From: an uncultured Actinomycetota bacterium
GTDB lineage: Bacteria > Actinomycetota > Actinomycetes > JAHEKZ01
DNA: 64,000 nt
Assembly: GCA_963743915.1 (NCBI GenBank)
Contig: CAVURN010000002.1
Span: 160,001-224,000 of the forward strand
Direction of reading: 5' to 3'
The position numbers and the translations under genes were made by a program. Below the pieces are notes generated by a model, which was given only the letters and a program-made list of their open reading frames with translations, was not told the DNA's origin and made no database searches. Positions 1 through 12,372 of this stretch are shown piece after piece. Position 1 is the stretch's first letter; the number at the start of each line of letters is the position of its first letter.

Positions 1-1167
1 ATCGCGATCGTCGAGGATGAGCTCGAGGCGGCCTTCCATGTGTTCCACGTCCGAGGGGGGCGAGTGCGCGGGCAGCGCGGCATCGTCTCGGAGAAGATCG
101 ACGACATCACCGGTGGTGAGGTGATGGAGCAGTTCCTCACGTACTTCTACGGCGAGATCGTCCCCGACGACGTGCCACGCGAGGTGCTGGTAGGGGTGAC
201 GCCACCGAGCCGCGAGGCCCTCAGCACCTGGCTCTCGGATCGACGGGGCTCCGCCGTCGACGTGCGACGGCCGGTCAGGGGCGACAAGCGACGGTTGATG
301 GAGACCGTCGCGCAGAACGCGTCGCACGCGCTCGCCCTGCACAAGGTCCGTCGTTCCGGCGACCTCACGGCTCGCGCTGTCGCCCTCGAAGAGCTGCAGG
401 AGGCCCTCGGCATGGCCGAGGCGCCGCTGCGCATCGAGTGCTTCGACATCTCCCACCTGTCCGGCACCGATCCCGTGGCGTCGATGGTCGTCTTCGAGGA
501 CGGTCTTCCCCGCACGAGCGACTACCGGCGGTTCGCGGTACGCAGTGACGGCGGCGACGACCCGGCGGCGATGGCCGAGGTCGTCGGACGGCGCTTCCGG
601 CGGCTGCTCGAGTCCGACGCTGCGCCGGACGGCGGGGAGCAGCCGGATGGTTCGGAGGAGGGCACCCGTCCCAGGCGCTTCGCCTACCGGCCGCAGCTGG
701 TCGTCGTCGACGGCGGCCCGGTGCAGGCCGCTGCCGCAGCCGACGCCGTGACCGAGCTCGGGATCACCGATGTCCTCGTCGTGGGTCTCGCCAAACGGCT
801 CGAGGAGGTCTGGATCGCCGGCGACGACAGCCCGGTGATCCTGCCTCGGGGGTCCCAGGGGCTCTTCCTGCTGCAGCGCGTGCGCGACGAGGCGCACCGG
901 TTCGCCCTCGCCTACCAGCGGCAGAAGCGCGGCAGGCGTACCACCGCCAGCGTGCTCGACGAGATCCCCGGCCTCGGAGCAGGCCGCAAGCGTGCCCTGC
1001 TGCGGCACTTCGGCTCGGTCCGCAAGATCCGTGCGGCTGACGCCGGTGCGCTCCAGCAGGTGCCCGGCATCGGACCGGCGCTCGCCCAGACCATCTCCGC
1101 CCACCTGCAGGACGCGGCGCCGGCGGAGCGGGTGGACACCGCGACCGGCGAGATCGTCGCTGAGTGA
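1..1167 (+). CDS. uvrC: Excinuclease ABC subunit C (5' truncated by window edge)
   Basis: Frame open from base 1; RIECFDISH, DYRRF, VVVDGG, GLAKRLEE, RDEAHRFA and C-terminal HhH (IPGLG, VPGIGP); precedes rapZ-yvcK-whiA. Confidence 0.97.
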   Translation: MAIVEDELEAAFHVFHVRGGRVRGQRGIVSEKIDDITGGEVMEQFLTYFYGEIVPDDVPREVLVGVTPPSREALSTWLSDRRGSAVDVRRPVRGDKRRLMETVAQNASHALALHKVRRSGDLTARAVALEELQEALGMAEAPLRIECFDISHLSGTDPVASMVVFEDGLPRTSDYRRFAVRSDGGDDPAAMAEVVGRRFRRLLESDAAPDGGEQPDGSEEGTRPRRFAYRPQLVVVDGGPVQAAAAADAVTELGITDVLVVGLAKRLEEVWIAGDDSPVILPRGSQGLFLLQRVRDEAHRFALAYQRQKRGRRTTASVLDEIPGLGAGRKRALLRHFGSVRKIRAADAGALQQVPGIGPALAQTISAHLQDAAPAERVDTATGEIVAE

Positions 1168-2081
1168 CGGTGGGAGAGGATGTCCCCGTGACCCCCGCGA
1201 AGGACGACCCCCACGGCGAGGTGCTGGTCGTCACGGGCATGTCCGGTGCCGGCCGCAGCACCGCCGCCAACGCGCTGGAGGACCTCGGCTGGTTCGTGGT
1301 CGACAACATGCCTCCGTCGTTGCTGCCGCGCATGGTCGAGCTGGCGCGCCAGGGACGCGAGGACCGCCCCGCCGACCTCCGGATCGCCGCCGTCGTCGAC
1401 GTTCGCGGGGGTGAGTACTTCGGCGACCTGAAGGAAGCGCTCGCGGCCGTGCAGCAGGTTCGGCATCCGCCCACGCGTGCTCTTCCTCGAGGCCGATGAC
1501 GACGCCATCGTCCGGCGATTCGAGGCGTCTCGTCGGCCCCATCCGCTGCAGGGTGACGGACGCCTGGTCGACGGCATCGCGGCCGAACGGACGCTGCTCG
1601 GTGACCTCCGGGAGTCGGCGGACCTGCTGATCGACACCTCTCAGCTCAACGTGCACCAGCTGCGGAGCCGCATCGAGACGGCGCTGGGTCACGGAGCGGC
1701 ACGTCCGGTGCAGGTGACCGTCATGTCGTTCGGCTTCAAGTACGGCCTTCCGGTGGACGCCGACTTCGTGGTCGACTGCCGGTTCCTTCCCAACCCGCAC
1801 TGGGACCCCGAGCTGCGCCCGCTCACCGGGCCAGGACGAGTCCGTCGCGCAGTTCGTGCTCCGCCAGCCGAGCGCCGAGCCGTTCCTGGACGTCGCTCGC
1901 GGCGACACTCCGCGTGGTGCTCGACGGCTACCGCGCCGAGAACAAGCGCTACGCGACGATCGCCCTCGGGTGCACGGGTGGCAAGCACCGCAGCGTCGCG
2001 CTCTCGGAGGAGCTGGCGCGCCGGATCGCCGGGGACGACATGTCGATCAAGGTTGCCCACCGGGACCTCGGTCGTGAGTGA
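1164..2081 (+). CDS. rapZ: RNase adapter RapZ/YvcJ P-loop protein (several indel frameshifts, ~1460, ~1830, ~1900)
   Basis: GMSGAGRS P-loop, [42 protein letters not shown]-stop spread over three frames. Confidence 0.93.
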
Positions 2082-3040
2082 GACCGCGCCCGCCGTCGTC
2101 GCCCTCGGGGGCGGCCATGGGCTCGCCGCGTCCCTGACCGCGCTGCGCCGGGTGACGTCGAACCTGACCGCTGTCGTCACGGTGGCGGACGACGGTGGCT
2201 CCAGCGGCCGGCTGCGGCGCGACCTGGGCGTCCTGCCGCCGGGGGACCTGCGGATGGCTCTGGCGGCCCTCTGCGAGGACGACGACTGGGGCCGGACCTG
2301 GAGCCGGGTGGTGCAGCACCGCTTCTCCGGACCGGGCGAGCTGGCCGGGCACAGCGTCGGCAACCTGCTGATCGTGGCGCTGTGGGAGCTCGGCGGCCGA
2401 CGACCCGGTGAACGGTCTGGACTGGGTGGGCCGGCTGCTGAAGGCGTCGGGGCGGGTGCTGCCCATGGCCACCGTCCCCCTCGACATCTCCGCCACGGTG
2501 TCCGACCGGGACGGCAGCACCCGCACCGTGCACGGTCAGGTCGCTGTCGCGACGACCACCGGTCGCATCCTCGATGTCACCCTGGCGCCGGAAGCCCCAC
2601 CCGCCTGTCCGGAGGCCGTCGCCGCGGTGGACGCGGCGGACTGGGTGGTCCTGGGCCCGGGGTCCTGGTTCACCAGCGTGATCCCGCACCTGCTCGTGCC
2701 CGCACTGTCAGCGGCGCTGCACCGTACGCCGGCGCGCCGGGTGGTGGTGCTGAACCTCGAGCCGCAGCCGGGGGAGACGAGTGGCTTCGCGCCGCACGCC
2801 TACCTGGAGGTGCTGGCCCGGCAGGCTCCCGAGCTGCGGATCGACGTCGTCGTGGCCGACGAGGGGAGCGTTGCCGACGTCAGCTCCCTGGAGGCCGCCG
2901 CTCACGCGCTCGGGGCCGAGGTCGTGTGCGCTCCGCTGCGGGGGACCGGCCCGCTGCCCCACCACGACCCCCAGCTGCTCGCCGAGGCCCTGACCTCGGT
3001 CCTGTCCGCCCCGCAGACGCCACGGACCACGCCGGAGTGA
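2074..3040 (+). CDS. yvcK: YvcK/CuvA/GlmR (CofD-related) gluconeogenesis and cell-shape factor (frameshift ~2400)
   Basis: [48 protein letters not shown] motifs; synteny. Confidence 0.93.
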
Positions 3041-3053
3041 GAGGATGCCGCGC

Positions 3054-4034
3054 ATGGCCATGACCGCCCAGGTGAAGGACGAGCTCGCCCGGCTCACCAT
3101 CACCAAGCCCTGCTGCCGCAAGGCGGAGGTGTCAGCTCTCCTGCGCTTCGCGGGGGGTCTCCACCTCGTCAGCGGCCACATCGTGCTCGAGGCCGAGCTC
3201 GACACCGGAGTCGCGGCACGGCGGCTGCGCAAGGACATCGCGGAGATCTACGGCCACTCCAGTGAGCTGGCCGTCCTCGCCGCCGGAGGCCTGCGCAAGG
3301 GCACCCGCTATGTGGTGCGGGTGGTGCGCGACGGCGACTCCCTGGCCCGGCAGACCGGCCTGGTCGACGGGAGGGGTCGCCCCGTGCGCGGACTTCCGCC
3401 GCCCGTGGTCTCCGGTGCCCTGTGCGACGCCGAGTCGGCCTGGCGGGGAGCCTTCCTGGCGCACGGGTCGCTCACCGAGCCGGGACGTTCGTCCGCCCTG
3501 GAGATCACCTGTCCCGGGCCGGAGGCGGCTCTGGCCCTGGTGGGAGCCGCCCGACGTCTGGGCATCGCGGCCAAGGCTCGCGAGGTCCGTGGGGTCGACC
3601 GCGTGGTGATCCGTGACGGGGACGCCATCAGCGCCATGCTCACCCGGCTCGGGGCCCACGACAGCGTGCTCGCCTGGGAGGACCGCAGGATGCGCCGCGA
3701 GGTGCGGGCGACCGCCAACCGGCTGGCCAACTTCGACGACGCCAACCTGCGCCGCTCGGCCCGCGCGGCCGTCGCGGCGGGGGCACGGGTGGAGCGGGCC
3801 CTGGAGATCCTGGGCGACGAGGTCCCCGAGCACCTGGCCGTCGCGGGGCGCCTTCGCCTCGACCACAAGCAGGCCAGCCTGGAGGAGCTCGGGGCGCTGG
3901 CCGACCCACCGCTGACCAAGGACGCCATCGCCGGCCGGATCCGCCGGCTGCTGGCGATGGCGGACAAACGAGCCGCGGAGCAGGGCATCGAGGGCACCGA
4001 GGCGAACGTCACCGCCGACATGCTCCGGCTGTAG
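3054..4034 (+). CDS. whiA: DNA-binding protein WhiA
   Basis: [11 protein letters not shown] start, [46 protein letters not shown]. Confidence 0.97.
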   Translation: MAMTAQVKDELARLTITKPCCRKAEVSALLRFAGGLHLVSGHIVLEAELDTGVAARRLRKDIAEIYGHSSELAVLAAGGLRKGTRYVVRVVRDGDSLARQTGLVDGRGRPVRGLPPPVVSGALCDAESAWRGAFLAHGSLTEPGRSSALEITCPGPEAALALVGAARRLGIAAKAREVRGVDRVVIRDGDAISAMLTRLGAHDSVLAWEDRRMRREVRATANRLANFDDANLRRSARAAVAAGARVERALEILGDEVPEHLAVAGRLRLDHKQASLEELGALADPPLTKDAIAGRIRRLLAMADKRAAEQGIEGTEANVTADMLRL

Positions 4035-5165
<1,131 letters not shown>

Positions 5166-5179
5166 AGGTTCTCGGCCCC

Positions 5180-6409
5180 ATGCGCTCTCTCGACGCGTTC
5201 TTGTCCTCGGAGGGTGCCGTCTCAGGTCGCCGCGTCCTCGTCCGCTCCGACCTCAACGTCCCCATGGCCGACGGCGCCATCACCGACGACGGACGGATCC
5301 GCGCGAGTCTGCCCACCCTGCAGCGACTCGTCGACGCCGGTGCCCGAGTCGTGGTGGTGGCACATCTCGGCCGTCCGAAGGGCCAGGTGGTCCCGGAGCT
5401 GTCGTTGGCGCCCGTCGCCGAACGGCTCGGGGAGCTGCTGGGCCGCGCGGTGCGGTTCGTCGATGCGTCCTCGGGGGAGCGGGCAGAGCACGCGGTCGAC
5501 GCGCTGGACGACGGCGAGATCGCGCTCCTGGAGAACGTCCGGTTCGACGCACGCGAGACCAGCAAGGTGGACGCCGAGCGGGCGGAGCTGGCCGAGCAGT
5601 ACGCCCGGCTGTGCGACCTGTTCGTCAGCGACGGCTTCGGGGTCGTGCACCGCAAGCAGGCGAGCGTCTACGACATCGCCCAACGGCGTCCGGCGCTCGC
5701 GGGTGGCCTGGTCGCCGGCGAGATGCAGGTGCTCACCCGGCTGATGTCACCGGAGCGCCCCTATGTCGTGGTGCTGGGGGGCTCGAAGGTGAGCGACAAG
5801 CTCGGCGTGATCGAACACCTGCTGGAACGGGTCGACCGGATGCTCATCGGCGGGGGCATGGTCTTCACGTTCCTCGCCGCCCAGGGGCATCCCACCGGCG
5901 ACTCGCTGCTCGAGGCCGACCAGGTCGACACCGTCCGCGGGCTGCTTGCGGACGCCGAGCGCCGTGGCGTCCGGATCGTGCTGCCCAGCGACATCGTCGT
6001 GGCCGACCGCTTCGCCGCGGACGCCGCTGCGGACGTGGTCGACGCCGCAGCGATTCCGGCGGGGACCATGGGTCTGGACATCGGTCCGCGCTCTCGGGAG
6101 GCGTTCGCCGCCGAGCTTGCCGACGCCCGCACGGTGTTCTGGAACGGTCCGATGGGCGTTTTCGAGTTCCCGGCGTTCGCGGCGGGCACCCGGGCGCTCG
6201 CCCAGGCGTTGGTCGACTGCCCCGGGTTCACCGTCGTCGGTGGTGGCGACTCGGCCGCCGCGGTGCGGACCCTCGGCTTCGACGAGTCCGCCTTCGGCCA
6301 CATCTCTACCGGAGGCGGGGCGTCCCTCGAGTACCTCGAGGGACGCGAGCTCCCCGGCATCGCGGTGCTCGACACCGCGGAGACACCCCCGAAGGACGGA
6401 GTCCGCTGA
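5180..6409 (+). CDS. pgk: Phosphoglycerate kinase
   Basis: [51 protein letters not shown]. Confidence 0.99.
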   Translation: MRSLDAFLSSEGAVSGRRVLVRSDLNVPMADGAITDDGRIRASLPTLQRLVDAGARVVVVAHLGRPKGQVVPELSLAPVAERLGELLGRAVRFVDASSGERAEHAVDALDDGEIALLENVRFDARETSKVDAERAELAEQYARLCDLFVSDGFGVVHRKQASVYDIAQRRPALAGGLVAGEMQVLTRLMSPERPYVVVLGGSKVSDKLGVIEHLLERVDRMLIGGGMVFTFLAAQGHPTGDSLLEADQVDTVRGLLADAERRGVRIVLPSDIVVADRFAADAAADVVDAAAIPAGTMGLDIGPRSREAFAAELADARTVFWNGPMGVFEFPAFAAGTRALAQALVDCPGFTVVGGGDSAAAVRTLGFDESAFGHISTGGGASLEYLEGRELPGIAVLDTAETPPKDGVR

Positions 6410-7185
6410 TGGCAGGCCGCAAGCCCCTGATGGCCGGCAACTGGAAGATGAACCTCAACCACTTCGAGGCCATGCACCTGGTGCAGGACCTCGCGTTCCG
6501 GTTGGGAGAGGCCGACCTCGAGGCGGTCGAGGTGGTGGTGCTGCCTCCGTTCACCGACATCCGGTCGGTCCAGACGCTGATCGACGCCGACCACCTGGCG
6601 ATCGGCTTCGGGGCACAGGACGTCTCGGTCCACGAGTCGGGGGCGTTCACCGGCGAGATCTCGGCGTCCATGCTGGCCAAGCTGGGGTGCGGCTACGTCG
6701 TGGTCGGTCACTCTGAGCGCCGTCAGTACCACGGCGAGGACGACTCCACGGTGGCGGCGAAGGCCAAGGCCACCCAGCGGCACGGCATGACCCCCATCGT
6801 GTGCGTGGGCGAGAACCTCGAGGTCCGGCAGGCGGGAAGCCACGTCGCGCATGTGCTCGAGCAGGTGCGCGGGTCGCTGGCCGACCTCGACCTCTCCTCG
6901 GTCGTGGTGGCGTACGAACCGGTGTGGGCGATCGGCACCGGTGAGGTGGCGACCCCCGACGACGCCCAGGAGGTGTGCCACGCGATCCGGTCACTGGTGG
7001 CCGACGATCACGGCGACGGCATCGCCGACGCCCTGCGGATCCTCTACGGCGGATCGGTGAAGGGGGACAACGCGCCCGGCATCATGGCGCAGCCGGATGT
7101 CGACGGTGCTCTGGTCGGCGGTGCGAGCCTGGTCGCCGAGCAGTTCGTGGCCATCGCCCGCTACCGCGTCGGGGCCGACGCCTGA
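6409..7185 (+). CDS. tpiA: Triosephosphate isomerase
   Basis: [40 protein letters not shown]; TGATG overlap with pgk. Confidence 0.99.
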   Translation: MAGRKPLMAGNWKMNLNHFEAMHLVQDLAFRLGEADLEAVEVVVLPPFTDIRSVQTLIDADHLAIGFGAQDVSVHESGAFTGEISASMLAKLGCGYVVVGHSERRQYHGEDDSTVAAKAKATQRHGMTPIVCVGENLEVRQAGSHVAHVLEQVRGSLADLDLSSVVVAYEPVWAIGTGEVATPDDAQEVCHAIRSLVADDHGDGIADALRILYGGSVKGDNAPGIMAQPDVDGALVGGASLVAEQFVAIARYRVGADA

Positions 7186-7310
7186 CCCACCCACCCACCC
7201 CCGCGGGGGCGCGCGGAGGGGATTTCGGGGTGGGGCGGCCCGCTGACCAGGGTCTCCGCCTATCCTGGGGAGACCCCGGACAGGGGATCCCACTGCGAGG
7301 AGTCACCGAA

Positions 7311-7550
7311 GTGTCTGCCATCGAGATCGGCCTGCTGGTCGTCGTGAACATCACCAGCCTGATCCTGATCGCGCTCGTCCTGCTCCACAAGGGCAAGGGC
7401 GGCGGTCTCTCGGACATGTTCGGTGGCGGCTTCACCTCCTCGGTGGGGGGCTCGAACGTGGTCGAGCGCAACCTCGACCGCATGACCATCGCCACAGGCA
7501 TGATCTGGTTCGCGTGCATCGTGGGTCTCGGACTGCTGCTGGCCCAGTAG
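7311..7550 (+). CDS. secG: Preprotein translocase subunit SecG
   Basis: Two TM helices flanking VLLHKGKGGGLSDMFGGG...ERNLDR; GAGGAG RBS; follows tpiA. Confidence 0.96.
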   Translation: MSAIEIGLLVVVNITSLILIALVLLHKGKGGGLSDMFGGGFTSSVGGSNVVERNLDRMTIATGMIWFACIVGLGLLLAQ

Positions 7551-7628
7551 TGGCACAGTAAGGTTCGCGAGGGTACGCGGGGGTTCGGCAGTGCGAGGAC
7601 GACGACTTGACGTGAAGGCGAGGAACTG

Positions 7629-7964
7629 ATGGCCGGTGGCAGTGCCATTCGTGGCAGTCGGGTGGGCGCAGGCCCGATGGGAGAGGCCGAGCGGGGAGAG
7701 CCGGCTCCGCGACGGCGCATCAGCTACTGGTGTGCCAACAGCCACGAGTCCCGTCCGAGCTTCGCCGACGAGGCCGAGATCCCCGAGACCTGGGACTGCC
7801 CGCGGTGCGGGCTCCCCGCCGGCCGCGACCGGGAGACGCCGCCGTCGGCGCCCAAGAACGAGCCGTACAAGACGCACCTGGCCTACGTGAAGGAGCGACG
7901 CTCCGACGCCGACGGCGAGGCGATCCTCGCCGAGGCGCTCGCCAAGCTGCGCGGCGAGGTCTAG
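7629..7964 (+). CDS. rbpA: RNA polymerase-binding protein RbpA
   Basis: AIRGSRVG, YWCANSHE, PETWDCPRCG, YKTHLAYVKERRSDADGEAIL. Confidence 0.96.
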   Translation: MAGGSAIRGSRVGAGPMGEAERGEPAPRRRISYWCANSHESRPSFADEAEIPETWDCPRCGLPAGRDRETPPSAPKNEPYKTHLAYVKERRSDADGEAILAEALAKLRGEV

Positions 7965-7986
7965 CCCGGCACCAGGGTCCGGGGGC

Positions 7987-9123
7987 TCAGACTGCTGCCT
8001 GCGCGGTCGCGACCAGCGTCAGCAGCTCATCCCAGGCGTCGCTGAAGGACGCCACCCCCGCCTGCTCGAGCTCGCCCACCACGTCGTCGTACTCGATCCC
8101 CACCGCGCGCAGGTCGTCGAAGAGCTGGTCGTCCGCATCCGCGTCCGCGGGCGCGAGGCCGATGGCCGGTGGCCGCTCTGTCGTCCTCTGCTGGGCCGGC
8201 TCCTGCTGGATCGCGGACAGCGTGGCGGCGGGCATGGTGTTGACCGTGGAGGGGGCCACCAGCTCGTCGACGTAGCGAGTGGGCGGGAACGTCGGGTCCT
8301 TGGTGCTCGTGGACGCCCAGAGCGGCCGCTGGGGCAGGCTGCCGCGCTCGGCGAGGCTCTGCCACCGCGAACCGGCCATCAGCCCGGTGAACGAGCGGTA
8401 GGCGACGCGAGCGTTGGCGACCGCCGCTCGGCCGCGAAGGCGGCGGTGCGTCTCGTCGGCGATGTCCCCGGAGGCCACCAGCCGGTCGAGCCGTCCGTCG
8501 ACGGCGGTGTCGAGGCGGCTGACGAAGAAGGAGGCGACCGAGGCCAGCCGGCGCAGGTCGTGCCCGGCGATGTCGGCGGCCTCGAGTCCGGCCAGCCACG
8601 CCTGCTGCACCTCCGCGTACCGCTCGACGCTGAAGATGAGGGTCACGTTGACGCTGATCCCTGCTCCCAGGGCCGCGGTGATGGCGGGCAGCCCTTCCTT
8701 GGTCGCCGGGATCTTGACCATCAGGTTGGGACGGTCGACGTCCGACCACGCCCGCCGGGCCGCGGCCACGGTTCCCTCGGTGTCGAAGGCGAGCCGCGGG
8801 TCGACCTCGAGGGAGACCCGACCGTCGAGGCCGGACGACTCCTCGAACACGCCAGTGAAGGCGTCGCACGCGTCACGCACGTCGTCGACCATCAGCTGTC
8901 GGAGAGCCTCGTCAGGTGAGACCGGACCGAGCGACGCCAGTCGGTCGGCATAGGTGCTCCCCTGACGGACGGCAGCGGCGAAGATCGAGGGGTTGGTGGT
9001 GACGCCCCGGATGCCGACGTCGTCGATGAGGTGCCGCAGCTCGCCCGAGTCGATCCGGTCGCGGCCGAGGTCGTCGAGCCAGACCGAGACGCCGTGGCGT
9101 GCGAGGTCGCGGACGGCGTTCAC
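7987..9123 (-). CDS. tal: Transaldolase (actinobacterial long type)
   Basis: VSVWLDDL, GVTTNPSIF, VSLEVDP, NLMVKIPAT, ASFFVSRLD, PLWASTSTKDP; GTGA overlap with tkt. Confidence 0.97.
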   Translation of the reverse strand: MNAVRDLARHGVSVWLDDLGRDRIDSGELRHLIDDVGIRGVTTNPSIFAAAVRQGSTYADRLASLGPVSPDEALRQLMVDDVRDACDAFTGVFEESSGLDGRVSLEVDPRLAFDTEGTVAAARRAWSDVDRPNLMVKIPATKEGLPAITAALGAGISVNVTLIFSVERYAEVQQAWLAGLEAADIAGHDLRRLASVASFFVSRLDTAVDGRLDRLVASGDIADETHRRLRGRAAVANARVAYRSFTGLMAGSRWQSLAERGSLPQRPLWASTSTKDPTFPPTRYVDELVAPSTVNTMPAATLSAIQQEPAQQRTTERPPAIGLAPADADADDQLFDDLRAVGIEYDDVVGELEQAGVASFSDAWDELLTLVATAQAAV

Positions 9124-11216
9124 GACGCATCCCGCACGGTGGCCAGGCTGATCCGAGCTGCCTCGGCCACCGCCTCGCCCGTCAGGCCGAACTCCCGGAA
9201 GAGCGTGGCCTGGTCGGCGGAGGCGCCGAAGTGGTCCAGACCGACGACTCGCCCGGCGTCGCCGACCCAGCGCCACCACGACAACGGCGAACCGGCCTCG
9301 ACGGCGACCCGTGCCCTCACCGTCGGGGGAAGGACGGTGTCGCGGTACTCGACGGGTTGCTGTGCGAACCACTCCAGGCACGGCATCGAGACGACCCGCG
9401 CCGCCACGGACTCGGTGGCCAGTGCCTGGGCTGCGGACACGGCGAGCTGCACCTCCGATCCGGTCGCGATCAGGACGACGTCGGGCTCGCCGTCGCTGTC
9501 CACCAGCACATACCCACCGCGGGCGACCGCCTCACGTGCGGACGCCGTGCCGGGCAGCACCGGGACGTTCTGACGGGTGAGCGCGAGGGCCACCGGGCCG
9601 GTTCCGTGCTCGAGGGCCGCAGCCCACGCCGCGACGGTCTCGTTGCCGTCGGCCGGGCGGACCACCGACAGGTTCGGGATGGCCCGCAGGGCCGCGAGGT
9701 GCTCGATCGGCTGGTGCGTCGGCCCGTCCTCGCCCACCCCGATGGAGTCGTGCGTCCAGACGTAGATCGTGGGAAGTCCCATGATCGCGGCCATCCGCAC
9801 CGAGGGCCGCATGTAGTCGCTGAAGACGAGGAACGTACCGACGTACGGGCGGGTGTGGCCCTCGAGCGCGATGCCGTTGGCGATGCCGCCCATCGCGTGC
9901 TCGCGGACCCCGAAGTGGAGGGTGCGGCCGTAGGGGTCCCCTGCCCACTTGGCCGACTGTCGGTCGAGCGGAAGCGCGGACGGCTGCCCGGGCATGCTGG
10001 TGTTGTTGGAGCCCGCGAGGTCCGCCGACCCGCCCCACAGCTCGGGCAGGACGTCGGCGAGCGCGGCCAGCGTCTTGCCGGAGGCGGAGCGCGTCGCGAC
10101 GGCGGTTCCCTCGTCGAAGGTCGGCAGGTGCAGACGCCAGCCGTCGGGCAGCTGCCCCTTGGCCAGTCGCTCCTGCAGGGCCACCCGCTCGGGGTTGGCG
10201 GCCGACCACGCGGCCGCGCGCTCCTGCCACTGGTGGTGCAGCTGCTTCCCGCGGTCGGCCACGGAGCGCGCGTGTGCGAGCACCTCGTCGTCGACCGCGA
10301 ACGACTCGTCCGGGTCGAACCCGAGCACCCGCTTGGTGGCGGCGACCTCGTCCGCACCCAGGGCTGTCCCATGGGCACCACCGGTGTTGGTGGCCTGCGG
10401 TGCCGGCCAGGCGATCTGCGAGCGCAGCCTGATGAAGGTGGGCGCCTCGTGCTGGTCACGAGCCGCGCGCAGGGCGGTGTCGAGCGCTGCCACGTCGACG
10501 TCGCCGTCAGGAGCGAGCTCGATCTCGTGGACGTCCCAGCCGTACGCCCGGTACCGGGCGGCGACGTCCTCGGTGAAGGCGATGGTGGTGTCGTCCTCGA
10601 TCGAGATGCGGTTGTCGTCCCAGATGAGCACCAGGTTGCCCAGGCGCTGGGTACCTGCGAGCGAGGAAGCCTCGGCCGAGATGCCTTCCTGCATGTCGCC
10701 GTCGCTGGCCATCACCCACACGGTCCAGTCGAACGGGCTGGTGCCCGGTGCGGCTTCCGGGTCCAGCAGACCGCGGACCCGGCGCTGGGCGAGGGCCAGG
10801 CCGACCCCGTTGGCAACCCCCTGGCCGAGGGGGCCCGTGGTGGTCTCCACGCCGGGGGTGTGACCCCACTCGGGGTGTCCGGGGGTGCGGCTGCCCCAGG
10901 TGCGCAGCGCCTGCAGGTCGGCCAGCTCCAGGCCGTACCCGGAGAGGTAGAGCTGCAGGTACAGCGTCAGGCTCGAGTGCCCCATCGAGAGCACGAAGCG
11001 GTCGCGACCGCTCCACGTCGGGTCATGGGGGTCATGACGGAGGTGCCGCTGGAAGAGCAGGTATGCGGCGGGCGCCAGGCTCATCGCCGTGCCGGGGTGG
11101 CCGTTCCCCACCTTCTGGACGGCGTCCATGGCGAGCACCCGGCAGGTGTCGACGGCCCGACGGTCCAGGTCGGTCCACGTGAGAGCGGTCGGTGCTGGGG
11201 TGGGGCGCTGGGTCAC
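9120..11216 (-). CDS. tkt: Transketolase
   Basis: GHPGTAMSLAP, DRFVLSMGHSS, TTGPLGQG, SDGDMQEG, HFGVREHAM, THDSIGVGEDGPTHQP. Confidence 0.98.
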   Translation of the reverse strand: MTQRPTPAPTALTWTDLDRRAVDTCRVLAMDAVQKVGNGHPGTAMSLAPAAYLLFQRHLRHDPHDPTWSGRDRFVLSMGHSSLTLYLQLYLSGYGLELADLQALRTWGSRTPGHPEWGHTPGVETTTGPLGQGVANGVGLALAQRRVRGLLDPEAAPGTSPFDWTVWVMASDGDMQEGISAEASSLAGTQRLGNLVLIWDDNRISIEDDTTIAFTEDVAARYRAYGWDVHEIELAPDGDVDVAALDTALRAARDQHEAPTFIRLRSQIAWPAPQATNTGGAHGTALGADEVAATKRVLGFDPDESFAVDDEVLAHARSVADRGKQLHHQWQERAAAWSAANPERVALQERLAKGQLPDGWRLHLPTFDEGTAVATRSASGKTLAALADVLPELWGGSADLAGSNNTSMPGQPSALPLDRQSAKWAGDPYGRTLHFGVREHAMGGIANGIALEGHTRPYVGTFLVFSDYMRPSVRMAAIMGLPTIYVWTHDSIGVGEDGPTHQPIEHLAALRAIPNLSVVRPADGNETVAAWAAALEHGTGPVALALTRQNVPVLPGTASAREAVARGGYVLVDSDGEPDVVLIATGSEVQLAVSAAQALATESVAARVVSMPCLEWFAQQPVEYRDTVLPPTVRARVAVEAGSPLSWWRWVGDAGRVVGLDHFGASADQATLFREFGLTGEAVAEAARISLATVRDAS

Positions 11217-11386
11217 AGGTGTCCTTCGCTGCGGCCGCGGGGCCGCGAGTCGTCGGCATGATCGGGCGGTGCTGCGACGGGGAAGTGTGGGCGGTGCTTG
11301 TGTGATGCGCTGCCCGCTCGGCCAGCCTAGCGGGATACAGTGAGCGGCAGATCTGGGACCTGGCGGCCTGAGTGAACGAGGTGGAT

Positions 11387-12343
11387 GTGACCGTCGTCGA
11401 TGACGGCCTGGAGGCGGGGCGGACCCGCGCCCCCGTCCGCGTTCCCCGTGCTCCCACTGCATGGGCCACCGTGCGGGCCTACATCGCTCTCACCAAGCCG
11501 CGCATCATCGAGCTGCTGCTCGTCACGACGGTGCCCACGATGTTCCTGGCTGCAGACGGCGTCCCCTCGCTGCGCCTGGTGGCCGCCACCCTGCTCGGCG
11601 GCACGTTGGCCGCCGGGTCGGCAAACAGCCTCAACTGCTTCGTGGACCGCGACATCGACGGCGTGATGAGCCGCACGGGCCATCGGCCCCTGGCCACGCA
11701 TGCGGTCAGCCCGCGGGCGGCGCTCGTCTTCGGGCTGGTGCTCGGCGTGCTGTCGGTCGTCACGATGGCCCTGCTCGTCGGCGCGCTGGCCACGGGCCTG
11801 ACGGTGTTCGCCATCGCCTTCTACGTCCTCGTGTACACGATGGGCCTGAAGCGCCGGACGGCGTCCAACATCGTGTGGGGCGGCATCGCCGGCTGCATGC
11901 CGGTGCTGATCGGATGGGCAGCGGTCACCGGGTCACTGGCCGCCCCGGCGTGGGTGCTCTTCGCGGTGGTGTTCTGGTGGACGCCGCCGCACTTCTGGGC
12001 CCTGGCCCTGCGGTTCCGCGACGACTACGCCGCTGCCGGCGTGCCCATGCTGCCGGTGGTGGCCGAGCCGCGCGTCGTCGTCCGTCGCATGGTGGGCCAC
12101 TCGCTGGCCATGGTGGGAGCGTCGTTGGTGCTGTGGCCGGTGGCCGGGCTGTCGTGGCTCTACCTCGGGGTCGCCATCGCGCTCGGCGCCGTGTTCCTGG
12201 CCTCGATGTTCGCGCTCCGACGCCGCGTGCTCTCCGGCCTGCCCGAGGACCAGTGGCGCCCGATGGGGCTCTTCCACTGGTCGATCACGTACCTCACACT
12301 GCTCTTCGCCATGGTGGGTCTCGACCCCTTGCTGCCGTTCTAG
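11387..12343 (+). CDS. ctaB: Heme o synthase (protoheme IX farnesyltransferase)
   Basis: [46 protein letters not shown]; alternative start 11372. Confidence 0.96.
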   Translation: MTVVDDGLEAGRTRAPVRVPRAPTAWATVRAYIALTKPRIIELLLVTTVPTMFLAADGVPSLRLVAATLLGGTLAAGSANSLNCFVDRDIDGVMSRTGHRPLATHAVSPRAALVFGLVLGVLSVVTMALLVGALATGLTVFAIAFYVLVYTMGLKRRTASNIVWGGIAGCMPVLIGWAAVTGSLAAPAWVLFAVVFWWTPPHFWALALRFRDDYAAAGVPMLPVVAEPRVVVRRMVGHSLAMVGASLVLWPVAGLSWLYLGVAIALGAVFLASMFALRRRVLSGLPEDQWRPMGLFHWSITYLTLLFAMVGLDPLLPF

Positions 12344-12372
12344 CGGCGGCACCGGACGGCCGGGGACTCCTC

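Noticed and set aside
1477-3063. Apparent 528-aa RapZ-YvcK fusion ORF
   Set aside because: Artefact of indels; the normal RapZ C-terminus (HRDLGRE-stop at 2081) and a YvcK start (2074) are present.
7186-7245. C-rich/G-rich tract after tpiA
   Set aside because: Could be a weak hairpin or terminator, but pairing is imperfect and there is no U-tract; not supportable.
9099-11261. 720-aa + strand ORF opposite tkt (similarly 21359-22888, 24296-26305, 27059-28438, 28819-30354, 49664-51379, 56355-57875)
   Set aside because: Antisense shadow ORFs expected from high GC3 codon bias; no motifs, and the opposite strand encodes clear conserved proteins.
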